Of a stretch of DNA of 64,000 bases, positions 37,528 to 51,297 are shown piece by piece. How positions within the stretch are numbered: position 1 is the stretch's first letter; each line of letters begins with the position of its first letter. The notes under the pieces are model-generated. The model did not search any database and was not told the DNA's origin. It saw only the letters and a program-made list of their open reading frames with translations. Source of the DNA: Octopus vulgaris (lineage: Eukaryota); the NCBI GenBank assembly GCA_951406725.2, contig OX597814.1:166780001-166844000 (forward strand), in the 5' to 3' direction. Position numbers and translations under genes: made by a program.

Positions 37528-37828
37528 TTCACCTATGACCATATTTTTAACACCCACGCATAATGTAGCAAGCACCACTTAATCCAAAGTGTCCATACTG
37601 TTTTTTGTTTTTTTAGATTGCTGGATTCCATTTGAAGTAGATTTAGCGACTATTTCTTACAGGCCGGGCGACAACTTAGAGATTCATTCGTTGGCTGATA
37701 ATAAAAGATATACTGATACTTTACTAGAGACAGTTTTAATTGACTCTACTGCTCCTCTGTGCACATGTTAGTTTGTGCAAAAGATAAACAGATATATTTA
37801 TCAGCATCTTCATAAATGTAATCATTAC

Positions 37829-37888
<60 letters not shown>

Positions 37889-38144
37889 TAGAAGTAGCAG
37901 CAACAGCAGGGGTGGCGGCAATAAAAGTCACAGCTATAGCAGTGTTAATGGTATGACATCTATGTGCTAGGGAAGTTATTAATCAATTATTGATATATAT
38001 ATAGAAATGATATAAAAAAAATTTATAAGCCAAGAAGATGGAATGAACAGACTTTAATTGTAAAACACAACAATCGTTTCTGTACAGTGTTAGCAGTTGT
38101 TAATCATGTGGTTGGGAAACAAACTACTTACCACGCCTACGCCT

Positions 38145-38204
<60 letters not shown>

Positions 38205-38217
38205 ACATGTCTTTAGT

Positions 38218-38324
38218 GGTGAATTAAGGCTACCATTGGTTTCATGTTAAGAAAAGTAGGAAAATATCCAACAATTTTTATTTATCCACCAATACAGTGT
38301 TGAGCACTCATTTCATCGTTCTAC

Positions 38325-38363
<39 letters not shown>

Positions 38364-38423
38364 CATGTATGTATGTATGTATACACACACACATACACAC
38401 ACATATATACATGTATGTATGTG

Positions 38424-38466
<43 letters not shown>

Positions 38467-38501
38467 ACACACACACATACACACACATATATACATGTAT
38501 G

Positions 38502-38548
<47 letters not shown>

Positions 38549-38995
38549 TAATATAGACTGGCGTGTGCAATGTTTTACCAAAAAGAAAAACTATAATTGT
38601 CACTAAGTATGAATAGGGTATTAGAACACACACATTGCTAGAAATAAGAGTTAAAAAGCACTAATGTTGTTAAACCACATCATTGTATACATATGTACTG
38701 ACAGGGACTGTAAGCGCCCGAAATCACATACATAAATATCGAACAATGAGAATGAGTGCTGAACACTGCATTGGTGGATAAAGATTCATTTGTGTATTAA
38801 GAGTATCGTTGGAAAATATCTCAACAGTTCTTCAAGCTGATCACGTAGAAAAATTGGTGTTCGTCTCCATTTTGGATTAAAACAAGAAAAACTCCAAAAT
38901 ATTGGAGATGAACACAAAATTCTCTATGCGATCGGCTTGAAGAATTGTAAAGATATTTTCTTAACGTGAAACCAATGGTAGTCTTAATACACAAA
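38218..38995. mobile_element. Imperfect foldback element with internal microsatellite duplication and degenerate hammerhead
   Basis: TTAAGGCTACCATTGGTTTCATGTTAAGAAAA and TTTATCCACCAATACAGTGTTGAGCACTCATT are inverted at about 38955-38990 and 38750-38783. Confidence 0.7.
38692..38734 (+). ncRNA. Degenerate hammerhead relic
   Basis: UAUGUA-CUGACA-GGG-loop-CCC-GAAA-ucaca-UACAUA; one core base missing, U16.1 lost. Confidence 0.45.
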
Positions 38996-38999
38996 TAAA

Positions 39000-39068
<69 letters not shown>

Positions 39069-39165
39069 AATAATACGGGTGAAAAATTGAATATTAATTT
39101 GATTAATATCCATTTTAAACCAGTGGTCTAGCATATTTAAAAATCTGAAATTTCAGAAAAATTAT

Positions 39166-39436
39166 ATTACACACATATAAAAGGGTTGACCTGTAAGTGG
39201 ACATCCATTATGCTAGAAGAAGATCCGCTATGGTCTAATCGCTAAGAAAGGAATGTTCTCAAGAAAATTTAGCAAAACGCCAGAACGTAAGCGAGCAAGA
39301 CAAATGAAAAGATACAAAATACAGATTAATCACAAACGTTTTGAGAACATTCCTTTCTTAGTGGTTAGACCATAGCGGATCTTTTTCTAGCATAATGGAT
39401 GTCCACTTACAGGTCACCCTTTTTATATGTATGTAA
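39166..39436. repeat. Foldback (about 95-bp arms) between (TA)n tracts
   Basis: GACCTGTAAGTGGACATCCATTATGCTAGAA...GAAAGGAATGTTCTCAA vs reverse complement at about 39340-39436. Confidence 0.88.
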
Positions 39437-39470
39437 TATATATATATATATAATAGAATATTTATGAAAG

Positions 39471-39620
39471 GGCGTAACCATGGGTTTAGGGTTTTCGGTT
39501 CATAATCTTAAAGTCGCGAATTCATGAATTCAACTTCTGGACTGATTGGCGCACTGTGTCCTTGAGCAAAGTACTTCATTTCGTGTTGCTCTAGGATATT
39601 CAGCTGAAAATGAACACCAG
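39471..39620 (+). mobile_element. SINE family C, diverged 5' part
   Basis: GTGTCCTTGAGCAAAGTACTTCATTTCGTGTTGCTC. Confidence 0.65.
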
Positions 39621-39979
39621 TCGGTTGCTGGCGCAGCACTTTCTTCCTCCATTTTTGTGTGATATCCTATATATATTTCGCTGGGTCAAGAGTGAGAGGC
39701 CCTAGAGTGTGTTCATGTCTGCTCACGACTTACAGAAGTATCTAACAATTAGCATAGCACATGTTACCAAGACTCACACGCGAATTACGAATGACCGCTA
39801 CGATACGATAGTTTGAGTCAACATGAGGATATTATCAAGCCATTTGATAATACCTCATGCAGATTCAAACGATCGTAGTAATAAGTCTTAAATAAGGGAA
39901 TTTAAATCTGTATCACACATTTAGTAAAACTGAAAGAAGTCTACAGCGATTCAACCAAATTCGATAAAAATGAAATAAC

Positions 39980-40035
39980 ACGTACATACACACATACAAA
40001 CATGCAGACATACGCGCGCGCACGCACACGCACAT

Positions 40036-40094
<59 letters not shown>

Positions 40095-40160
40095 TATACA
40101 TACATGTTCCTATGAATTTGTCGCTCCAGGTATATTCATAATACATGCATACATATATAG

Positions 40161-40234
<74 letters not shown>

Positions 40235-40251
40235 ATATATATATATGTATG

Positions 40252-40283
<32 letters not shown>

Positions 40284-40316
40284 TATATACATACATACAA
40301 ACATTACATACCTACT

Positions 40317-40356
<40 letters not shown>

Positions 40357-40400
40357 TACATACATGCATATATATATATACATATACGTGTGTGTGTGTG
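39980..40400. repeat. Compound (TA)n/(CA)n microsatellite
   Basis: Direct reading. Confidence 0.93.
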
Positions 40401-40781
40401 TTACACATTTGCGTGTTTCACTGTGCAGCTTCATATTTCTCTCTGAACCCGAATACCACAGCAGGTAAGCCAAGATTGGCACCACACTTCTTTACTCAAA
40501 CTGTTAGTCTACGTGAGTAAATAGATACGCAAAAGAGGGACGGAGTAAGGCAGCCGTTCTGACAAACAGACAGGGACAAAGACATACAGATAATATGCAA
40601 AAGATACAGACAAGAATATAAGCAAATAAATAACTTTATATTTATTTTGGAAACATTGCTGTATAGTTTTTTTTTTTATATTTCAATTTTTCGCTCTCTC
40701 TCTCGCTCATACCCTTTTCTGTTTATTAGTCCATTTCCCCCTATTTCTCTTTCTCCTCATCTCACTCTCTTCATTGTCTAC

Positions 40782-40941
<160 letters not shown>

Positions 40942-41638
40942 ATCTCTAGGTATTCGCTTGAGTTGTCTATTACCAAATGCAATTTTTCATTTTAAAAATC
41001 AGTCATTTTATGACAATGATATTTAAAAAATGTTTTTGTATCGATATCTACTCAAAATCCATTAATGGCTTTTTTACCCCCACCTTTCTACTCTGCTTCC
41101 AATTGTAAATATGAATGCTGCTTTCATAGAAATAAAATAGTTGTTAGCCTGAACATGTTCGAAATATGCTATAACAAAAAAAAAATTAAGGAAAATATCT
41201 GGAGAGAGAGAGACCCGACGCCGTCACTCAGATATCACAGAATGCATGTATGTCTATTGTTGTGTACAATTGCGTAACGACTGTTGTGAAAAAGCAGAAT
41301 TTAGGACTTCTGTATCCATAAGAAAAGGGAAACAATGAAATTAGACGTTATACATGTTTGGGTGAGCGTACTTGCATGCTCGATCTTTTCCAACTTCACC
41401 TTCCAAGTCCAACCAACATTAATGGCGCCGTGATTTCTCACAAAGAAATTGATCTTCATTTGAAAACTTCTCCATGTTGTTCTTCGATTTAAGTGAAAGC
41501 CAGAGGAAGTTCATTAATAGAGAAGATTTGATAGACAGAAACACTGATAAGAGAGGAAATAGATAACCGAATAGATCGCGTAAAATCGAGTTAGGTTCAC
41601 GAACTGACAGATATGAAGACACTAACAAAAGGAACAGC

Positions 41639-41642
<4 letters not shown>

Positions 41643-41715
<73 letters not shown>

Positions 41716-41794
41716 AGAGAGGGAGAGAGAGAAAGGATGAGAGTGCGAGAGAAAGTGAAAGAGAGAAAGAGAAAAAGAGAAAGAAATAGGGAGG

Positions 41795-41825
<31 letters not shown>

Positions 41826-41826
41826 C
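41643..41826. repeat. (GA)n polypurine tract
   Basis: Direct reading. Confidence 0.95.
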
Positions 41827-43693
41827 TGCTAGAACAGAGGCAACCAACCGTATCTCCAAATGGAATGATTTTGACATAGGAGTACCACTACATGCAGTTG
41901 TGGCAAAGTTATTTCTTTGTAACAAACAATAAAGATAACAAAAGGCATGGTAGACTTGATATAACTGCCACAGTAGGGTTGAGAAGTACAGGAGAGGTTA
42001 TCTAGCAGAAGGGAGACGTGCCAACTTGGTAGCTCGACCTACTAGAGATAGCAGCAAAATCTCCCTCAACTCTACTGTCTTAGCAAATAAAGAGGGACGG
42101 TGCGGAATGTCACATCCGACAAGGTAGTCAGATATATATATATATATATATATAATACGACAAGATTGTCACGGCTGTAATTCCTTTGATCATAGATTTG
42201 CCCATCAGGTCTAACAATAACAACTGCAACTACGACCACAACCACTACCATCACCAGCGGCAGCAGTAACAGCAGAAGCACTAGCACCAGTACTACCACC
42301 TGAAACAAACTCTCAGTCACTGACACTCAGCTGGATAGTGTCATTTTGCGCATCGGTGTTTCCTTGAGGCTTGACCTCCGGATCTGCGAGTCTCCTAAAT
42401 TCTGCTCCGGATTCACTGTGGAGACTTTTGGCCTCTACCCATTGTCATGTCATTTAATGCAGACCGCCTTCCACGCTATACTGATCTCAATGAAATCACA
42501 GATTATGGCTTAGACACTGCAGGTTTCCCTTCTCAGCTCGAGCCTGCGGGGTTCGACCGAGGAAGCAGAAAAAAGGTCGGACGACAAGTCAATTATCCTG
42601 TTCTGCGGTTGTAGGTCTCTCATCTGGGATGCTGCATGCTGCGACACATTCTCCAGTGACAATAGGTGGGTTCGGCTGCCAGCCCAGGCTTCGCTACTCG
42701 TCAAGCCGAGAAAGGCAAATTGCTAAAGTATCGGCCACTCTCAGACAGATGTGATGGAGCCTGTAGCAGTGAAGACCTCTGACGTTCTTAGTCCCCGGCC
42801 TACATCCCTGCTCACTGCAAGTCCGACCTCAGTGAGTCAGAGTGGCTGTTCCAATACGTCTCCTTCGCCATCCACCGGGTAAACACCTTTTCCATTTTGT
42901 CTGCCGGGACCATTAGGCGGATTGACAAGTTTTATGTCTGTTAAATATAATGTCTTTTAGCTCAACATTCCATCCTTACAAGCATATCTAACTACTGACA
43001 GCAACAGTAGAAGCAACTGAAGTTCATTGTTGAAGAACACAATTTCTTGATATTAAATTTACCTCCCTTAGAGCTGTCATTCATGAATTCTGTAGAATCT
43101 TTAAATTACCAACTCTTCTGTTCCCCGTCAAAATGGCTCCTGGAAAGTTTTAGGGTTCATTAATGAGTTTAGGATGCCTAAAAGTGTATGTATGTGCTAA
43201 ATGAGAGTGCGCATATATCTTAATATATGTAATCCCTAAATCGAATGACTAATCGATTGACAAAAAACTATTTATTGAATGATGACAACGACGACAACGA
43301 TGATGATGTCGATGACAATGACGACGACGGCGATGATGATGATGATGATGATGGCCGCAGTCCAATGACTGAAACAAATAAAAAGAAGAAAGCATAATAT
43401 ACTAACAATGAGGATGATGTTGGATCCTCTGTCGGTATAGACGATGAGCATATGTGACACACCATATGACTTAAAAACATGCAATGTATATCAAGTATGT
43501 GTGCGATAATCATAGTAATGAACATACAGTTGAATATCTGAAGTGTTAAAAGAAGACCTAGAAAACAACTACATGTGGTTCCCTCCGGTTATGGTCATTA
43601 ATACAAAGGAGATTACCATCCTTTCACAACACGGGGCAGTATACCATAATTAAACATCCACAGTCGTACAAAGAAAACACTAAGCAATGTTTA

Positions 43694-43830
43694 TTCCGCC
43701 GAGGTCGACTTTGCCCTTCATCTTTTTGAGATCGATAAAATAAGTACCAGTTAAGCACTGGAGTCGATGAAATCGACTAGCCCCATACCCTGGAATTACT
43801 GGCTTTGTGCCAAAATTTGAAACGAATATT
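43694..43830 (+). mobile_element. SINE family B, 3' part
   Basis: TTCCGCCGAGGTCGACTTTGCCC...TAAGTACCAG. Confidence 0.8.
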
Positions 43831-44069
43831 CTGACTTCATTTCTAGATGATATTTAGATAGAAATTAAGTTATACGAGTCACTTGTAAACGTCAAAGGCA
43901 CAAAGAAATGCATAAACTTTCATGAAGACAACGAATGCTCACATGGATACAAAATGCCTGTTTGTAGTGGAATTTAGATTTTCTCATACAAAGACAAAAT
44001 TAGATAAAGGAATCTACAGAATAAAACAAGCACTAATCAATAACGAGTATTTAATAAGCTTATTGGACA

Positions 44070-44290
44070 ATGATTTCTAATTTAGGCACAAAGCCAGCAA
44101 TTTTGAGAGGAATGGTTTGTCGATATTCCGATCCCAGTTCTTGCATGATACTTTATTTCAAAGCCCCTTACTCCATCGGATAGATGAAAGGCCAAATTTA
44201 TCTCGACAGGATTAGAACCAAAGATGTAAAGAGCCAGAAAAATATCGCTTTAATGTCTGACGCTTTAATGATTCTGCCAGCTAGCTATCC
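44070..44290 (-). mobile_element. SINE family B, diverged
   Basis: GATGAAAGGC...GATTCTGCCAGCT. Confidence 0.65.
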
Positions 44291-45059
44291 TTCAAGTTAT
44301 GGAACAATGCAAACAGATAGAATACAATGAATAGATAAGACATCAGACATCTTACATTATTTACATACTACAAATATAATGATATAATGTACTATATAAA
44401 TCAAATCCGCATTAACTATAGAATAAATGAACTTATATAATAAAAAAAAACTCATTATACATTGCTTAAAATGCGTAACACCAAACTATGAAATAAAATG
44501 AATGATACCCTACAAAATCAAAATGTAATTTTCTCAGTAACAAACTCAACGTATGTAAACCAGCGAATAAACTACCAAAGACTACTACGACCTACAAATT
44601 TGATCGCAAATGAGAAAGTTGTAAACTATATGACTTCAGCTGTTATAGAACCCATATAAAAACGACACTCTCCCATCGACTCAGGTTGCATTTACAATAA
44701 GAGGTATTTGTAATGTGCTACACCACAGAGCATAAAAGAAAACCAGATAAGAAAACATTAGTGGTCAACTTACCTATGCACTGCAGAATTACCTAGAAAA
44801 ACATACGATTAATGATGGATGATAAACTCATAACACAGCAAAATGCTAACATAAGAATGCAGACAATATACATTTGTTACAAAAGAAAAATTATAATAAA
44901 TATATACAATGAATAGCACCAACGTGTACACTGATCGCACAGGCCCTGCCTACTATAAAGAGAAAGTAACACAAGCCAACATCAGTTCAACCTAAAGATT
45001 ATTATGAGAGTTTTGGAGACATTGGTGATGGATTCAAGAACTCAATTATTTCAAAGTGC

Positions 45060-45327
45060 AAAGAACTCGTGCCAACGTGCAAGAATCCACAGGCAACATA
45101 TTCGACAAGAGGAATTACGCAATATTTCATTAAGTAAGCATGTGGAAATATGCAGCGACGGAAAATTCAAAATTTTTCCCTTTTACAAATGTGCTCGGGA
45201 CGATCCGCAAAACCGAAAAGCAATGGAACTACATTTCATCAAAATATTCTCTCCAAAATTGAATGTTTGAAAGAAAAGCGGAAACAGTACATTTTGTATT
45301 CTACATATAGCTCAAATATCGGAAATT

Positions 45328-45358
<31 letters not shown>

Positions 45359-45490
45359 TTAAATTTTTAATTTGCAAATATGCTAATGTTTTTTCATGCA
45401 GAACTAAATTTCATCAAAAAATTCTCTCCAAAATTGAATGCTTGAAAGAAAAGGGGAGTCAGTACATTTTGTATTCTAAATATAATTCAA
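45060..45490 (+). mobile_element. PLE GIY-YIG C-terminus with short 3' duplication
   Basis: ORF 45004-45270 ends CQRARIHRQHIRQEELRNISLSKHVEICSDGKFKIFPFYKC...FSPKLNV, homologous to 21190-21380; last about 90 bp repeated at about 45400-45490. Confidence 0.88.
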
Positions 45491-45660
45491 AGAGGAGAAA
45501 AAAGAAAGAAAGACGAAAAAAGAAGGAAAGAGACTTTCAGTGACAACCATACTGCACCTGTTTTTTGTTTTTTTTAAGAGGTCACCATTTCAATAGAATG
45601 GTAAATGACTAAATAAATAAATGGTGAATAAGAAGGGGATCCCCCTTCTCTCTCTCCCTC

Positions 45661-45742
<82 letters not shown>

Positions 45743-45998
45743 AGCCTATCTACTATCTACCTACTTATATTTCTATCTATCCATCTCCATTGTCAATGGA
45801 ACCTCACCCCAAAAAACAAAAACATCGTTCTCTTCTTCTAAACAAAACCCCCCAAAACATCTGTTTTATATAAATAAACAAGCTGTTTGTACATTCACAA
45901 AATTTTATTTGACAAGTTCGAGGAACAACTAAAATCCAAACCACTATTAGGGATAAACTTCGAAGGGAATGAAAAATAAGAACATTTACCATCTATCT

Positions 45999-46067
45999 CC
46001 TGGACCATTGTTTCAGACTCTTTTTAGCAAATAAAATAATTTGCTAGGTGAAGTCTTCATCAACAGG
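45999..46067 (-). ncRNA. Hammerhead motif (U3 variant), copy 1
   Basis: Reverse complement CCUG-UUGAUGA-AGACU...AGUCU-GAAA-CAAUGG-UC-CAGG. Confidence 0.7.
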
Positions 46068-46255
46068 TACGCCTAGATTAAACATATAAGTACGAGGCAA
46101 TCCAGCATGTGCCCCGTGCTTATACATTATAATTTTTCAAATTCACCGCACAAGCGCAGTTTTTTGTCGGCAGCAAATAAAATAATGCCGGTGTTATGTA
46201 TAAGCACGGAGCACATGCTGGATTACCTCATACTTATATGTTTAATCTAGGCGTA

Positions 46256-46325
46256 CCTGTTGATGAAGACTTCGCCTAGCAAATTATTTTATTTGCTAAA
46301 AAAAGTCTGAAACCATTGGTCCAGG
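46256..46325 (+). ncRNA. Hammerhead motif (U3 variant), copy 2
   Basis: CCUG-UUGAUGA-AGACUU-[UAGCAAAU/AUUUGCUA]-AAGUCU-GAAA-CCAUUGG-UC|CAGG. Confidence 0.75.
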
Positions 46326-46673
46326 AGATAGATGGTAAATGTTTTTATTGTTCATTCTAGCGTGCAAGGAATCCTATGACGGATACCTCTTATGTGTTTA
46401 AATGTACACTGTATTTATATGCATAATATATAGTCTATTGGCAAATTTATTAACATGCTAGGCCAATGGTAGTAAAAATTTCTAAAATTTTTTATTACCC
46501 TGATATTATTAATTATTGATAATTTTTTCTGAAACTTTTCGAAGAAACGCCGGCATTATTTTATTAGCTGCCGACAAAAAACTGCGCTTGTGCGGTGAAT
46601 TTGAAAAATTATAATGTATAAGCACGGGGCACATGCTGGATTGCCTCGTACTTATATGTTTAATCTAGACGTA

Positions 46674-46742
46674 CTTGTTGATGAAGACTTCGCCTAGCAA
46701 ATTATTTTATTTGCTAAAAAAAGTCTGAAACCATGGTCCAGG
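46674..46742 (+). ncRNA. Hammerhead motif (U3 variant), copy 3
   Basis: CUUG-UUGAUGA-AGACUU...AAGUCU-GAAA-CCAUGG-UC|CAGG; palindromic stem III ACCAUGGU. Confidence 0.75.
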
Positions 46743-46842
46743 AGATAGATGGTAAATGTTTTTATTTTTCATTCACTTCGAAGTTTATCCCTAATAGTGG
46801 TTTGGATTTTAGCTGTTCATTCTAGCGTGCAAGGAATCCTAT

Positions 46843-46997
46843 ATCTCTTGCTGAACCGCTAGCTTACGTAAACAAAACAATAGCGGTTGTGGAGGACAAA
46901 CACCTACACAAATACTTACACACACACACACACACACACATACACACACACAGCGATACATACATACACACATATACATATATATAATTATTATTAT

Positions 46998-47028
<31 letters not shown>

Positions 47029-47180
47029 TTATCATAGGCTTCTTTCAGTTTCCGTCTACCAAATCCACTCACAAGGCTTTGGTCGGCCCGGGGCTATAGT
47101 GGAAGATATTTGCCTCAGGTATTATGCAGTGGAATTGAATTCGAAATCATGAGGTTGGCAGGCAAACTTCTTAACTGTAC
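46843..47180 (-). mobile_element. SINE family A
   Basis: Reverse complement match to family. Confidence 0.8.
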
Positions 47181-47965
47181 AGTCACATCTCACAATTTTA
47201 AGCTCGAGTTACATCGAAGTTAACTGCAAATAACCGTATTGCTCTGTGTCAAATGCATTCACATCCCTTGGTTGTAATAAATGGTTTGTGTTCAAGCCAA
47301 AAGAACGAAATCTATATTTGAGTGGTCTGAGAGAGAGGGAGAGGGAGGAACAGAGAGGAGGTGGGCAGAGAGAGGGGAAGATAGGGAAAAGAGAGGAATG
47401 GGAGAGAAAAGAGTGAGAGAGAAATGTTTAGTTTGGTGGTGTGAATTTAAGAGATAAAAGAACGGAGAAAAGACTGATCGTTTTATATTGTATTTGAAAA
47501 CGCATATATGTATGCCTCTGCATATATGTAATGTAAGTATATATATATATATGTGTGCTTGTGTATGTGTTTGTGTGTGTGTGTGTGTGTATGAATGCAC
47601 GTTTTCTTTTTATTTATTAGAATTCTTCCTAGAGTGATTATGCTGTTTTCCAACAAAGAAACAAAAAAAAGATCGCTGGAATTTGGATAGCAACAATGAT
47701 AAGTGTTTCATGTTGAACTATAGAACAACCGTGCATATTTTACAGTTCCACTCACAGATTGTATCTATAAAGGACGTGTTAGCCAGTCTCTTTCTTGGCT
47801 TGAAAATTGCAGTTATTTCCAGATTGTCACTTAGATATTTACTAACGTAACCAAAAAACACCAATAATTATTGGTATAAATGAGAATTCATAATCAGGGT
47901 AGAAAAACTGCAAATTTCGACGTAGTTGTCCATAAATATGAGTTTTGGACGATTAACTCTATAAC

Positions 47966-48458
47966 TATGTATGTATGTATGTATGTATGTATGTATGTAT
48001 GTATGTATGTATGTATGTATGTATGTATGTATGCATGAATGTATGTAAGTATGTAAGTATGTATGCGTGCATGTATGTATGTATCCATGCGTGTATGCAT
48101 GAATGTATGTATGCATGTATGTATGTATGCATGTATGTATGTATGCATGCATGTATGTATGTATGTATGTATGTATGTATGTATGTATGCATGTATGTAT
48201 GTATGCATGTATGTATGTATGCATGCATGTATGTATGTATTATGTATGTATGCATGCATGCATGAAAGTATGCATGTACGTATGTATGCATGCATGAATG
48301 TATGTATGTATGTATGCATACATGTATGAATGTATGTATGTATGTATGCATGCATGCATGTATGTATGTATGCATGTATGTATGTATGCATGCATGTATG
48401 CATGTATGTATGTATGCATGCATGTATATAGGTATGCATGTATGTATGCATGCATGTA
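47966..48458. repeat. (ATGT)/(ATGC) mosaic microsatellite, about 490 bp
   Basis: Direct reading. Confidence 0.95.
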
Positions 48459-48474
48459 CGTAAGAGAGATTATG

Positions 48475-48684
48475 TACGAAAGAATGCTGAAAAGATCCTG
48501 GCTTTGGGTAAAAAAAAAATACCGCAGGATCAGTTAGTTATGATTTTATTTAACATATTCCCACCTCAGATTCACACACTTATTGCAACGGTCCTACAGT
48601 TTTCCTAAGCCCTGTAAAAGAACTCGGCCAGCTAGGCCTTTTGCGATACCCTTAAAGCCAGGAACTTTTCAGCAACCCTTCGTG
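48475..48684. mobile_element. Mariner-derived MITE
   Basis: TACGAAAGAATGCTGAAAAGATCCTGGCTTT vs AAAGCCAGGAACTTTTCAGCAACCCTTCG; about 30-bp TIR of the TACGAGGG mariner type. Confidence 0.8.
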
Positions 48685-49702
48685 TGTGTGTGTGTGTGTG
48701 AGTGTTCTTCTCCTCTTTTTAATTTAGAATATAATTTGACTGACAACCTGCTTGGTAGCAAGGTTGTGAAAGAAAGTATCTTGTTTTAAGCATCATCCTT
48801 CAAATCTTAAGGCCATGCAGATATCTAAATCGTGATCATTTGTAGCATATGAATTAAGGATTTGTATTCTCTCCTCAAGATCCTAAGTTCAGCCATATTT
48901 GATATAGGCGGGTTGGTATGTATTCTGTTCTTCCAATAATAAAAGGTATGAAGCCAAAAGCGTGTCTCGGGTACTAGATTTGCAAACTCCTTATCAATGG
49001 TCCATAAATGTTCTCTCCTGTATTTTTCTAATTACATTGGTGTCCAGAAGACAGCTGATTTCAACTACAGAGCATATCTTTCCTTTGCGGTCCCACACAG
49101 CAATATCTGTGAATGTATGTATGTATGTATGTACGTATATATGTATGCATGTATGTATGTATGTATGCATGTTTGTATGTGTATATGTATGCATGCATGT
49201 ATACATGTTAGGTCACATGTAATGCTATTGGTAACATGCTAGGTCACATGTAATGCTACTGGTAACATGTGACTCATTACAACCTGTCGCATGGTCAGAT
49301 CATCGGTGTTTAAGCCGGCAACCCTACCGAGCTTGCTTGGCAAAGAGGATGATTTTTATTGGGTACCTGCAGAACGAAAGTCAAAATCTGTGAAAGGGCG
49401 AATGAACTCAGAAGTGTCAATGGCGATTTAACAAATGGGAGTGAGAGAACCCTAATCTTAGTTTAGACATTTCTCTTGGCTCTCCTATTCAGAAATAACA
49501 CACGCCTCATTGCGAAGCCGGAAATCTTGCTCTTGCTTGTTTCTAGACTACTTGGCTTTCGAGGTGAGTGTTTTAGTAGTGTTGTCCAAGTTGTTATTGA
49601 CTAAATTCCAGCAAAGAAATTACTAACTGCCAGTCTTTAACATCTAGAGGATAATTTGTCAGTGATGGTCATAGTCGTCTACGGGCTGACAGCAACCATT
49701 TG

Positions 49703-49724
49703 TGCATGTATGTATGTGTGTATG

Positions 49725-49758
<34 letters not shown>

Positions 49759-50080
49759 TGTATGTATGTATGTATGTATGTATGTATATATGTATGTATG
49801 TATCTGTACAAATATGTATATATGTCTGTACGTCTGTATGTAAGTATGTATGTACGTATTATGTATGTATGTTTGTATCTGTACAAATGTGTGTACGTCT
49901 GTATGTTTGTCTGTATGTACGTACTATGTATGCATGTAGCTGTATAAATGTGCCTATGTGTGTATGTCTGTATGTACATGTATGTATGTATGTATGTATG
50001 TATGTATGTATGTATGTATGTATGTATGTATGTATGTATGTATGTATGTATGTATGTATGTATGTATGTATGTATACATG
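49703..50080. repeat. (ATGT)n-derived microsatellite
   Basis: Direct reading. Confidence 0.93.
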
Positions 50081-50484
50081 TGTGTGCTCGCACATGCGCA
50101 TTCGGAAGTTTGAAAGAAGGCAAGGGTGGAGTGAGTTAGCGTGAGTAAATGTGTGCTTGTGTAATGTGTCCAGATGTGCTTTTTTTGATGAGATTATGTT
50201 TCCATTTATCTTCATTGTATGATTTCCATTTCGTTTGTTGATAAAATATTTTATTATTTGAAGTCTATTAGAAAAAAATATTAACCAGATGCACAAAGAC
50301 TAAAGATTACGGTTCCATTCTTCTTTTCTTTTAGTTTTATCTCCACGCTTTTCTTTCTGGGTAATCCGTTTGTACATTGATTTGTTATATATGCTTCACA
50401 ATTTCATTAAGCTTCGCCATCTGAGTGTTATACTTTATATTTTTTATAAAACTTACTGTATTACAAAAATATAGAGAATAGTGA

Positions 50485-50822
50485 AGGTGCATGGCTCAGT
50501 GGTTAGAGCGTCGGGCTCACAATCATGAGGTAGTGAGTTAGTTTCTCGGACCGGGTTGTGTGTTGTGTTCTTGAGCAAGACACTTCATTTCACTTTGCTC
50601 CAGTTCACTCAGCTGTAGAAATGAGTTGCGACGTCGCTGGTGCCAAGCTGTATCGGCCTTTGCCTTTCCCTTGGATAACATTGGTGGCGTGAAGAGTAGA
50701 GATTTGCATACATGGGCGACTGCTAGTCTTCAATAAACAACCTTAACCGGGCTTGTGCTTCGGAGAGTAACTTTCTAGGTGCAGTCCCACGGTCATTCAT
50801 GACCGAAGGGCGTCTTTACCCT
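50485..50822 (+). mobile_element. SINE family C
   Basis: Homologous to 28219-28540. Confidence 0.88.
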
Positions 50823-51045
50823 TTTTTACTGTATTACAATTAGGAAGTAGCCACCACACCTTCAGAAAGAGCAAAGGCAAATTGTTGTAGCAAGAGATGT
50901 AGTAGTATATATATATATATATATATATATACGAATATAAACAAGAAGGGTAGTAATATTATTTACTACCAGGTGCCCAGCACAAAAGACGAATTAGTCA
51001 TAAGACAAAATATTATTCATATAGAAAAATATTATTCATGTAGTA

Positions 51046-51297
<252 letters not shown>

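Larger units (their letters stand above)
45925..46842. repeat. pLTR-like unit in three copies (one inverted, two direct)
   Basis: About 45925-46191 is the reverse complement of about 46549-46818; about 46196-46377 is a direct partial copy. Confidence 0.9.

Noticed and set aside
41373-41630. Possible minus-strand first exon beside the (GA)n tract
   Set aside because: Weak donor, and its phase does not join the 33795-33963 candidate.
42350-42920. GC-richer segment and 64-aa ORF (similar in style to 18370-18930)
   Set aside because: No recognisable domain or splice pair; probably an old LINE 5' region, but I cannot support a call.
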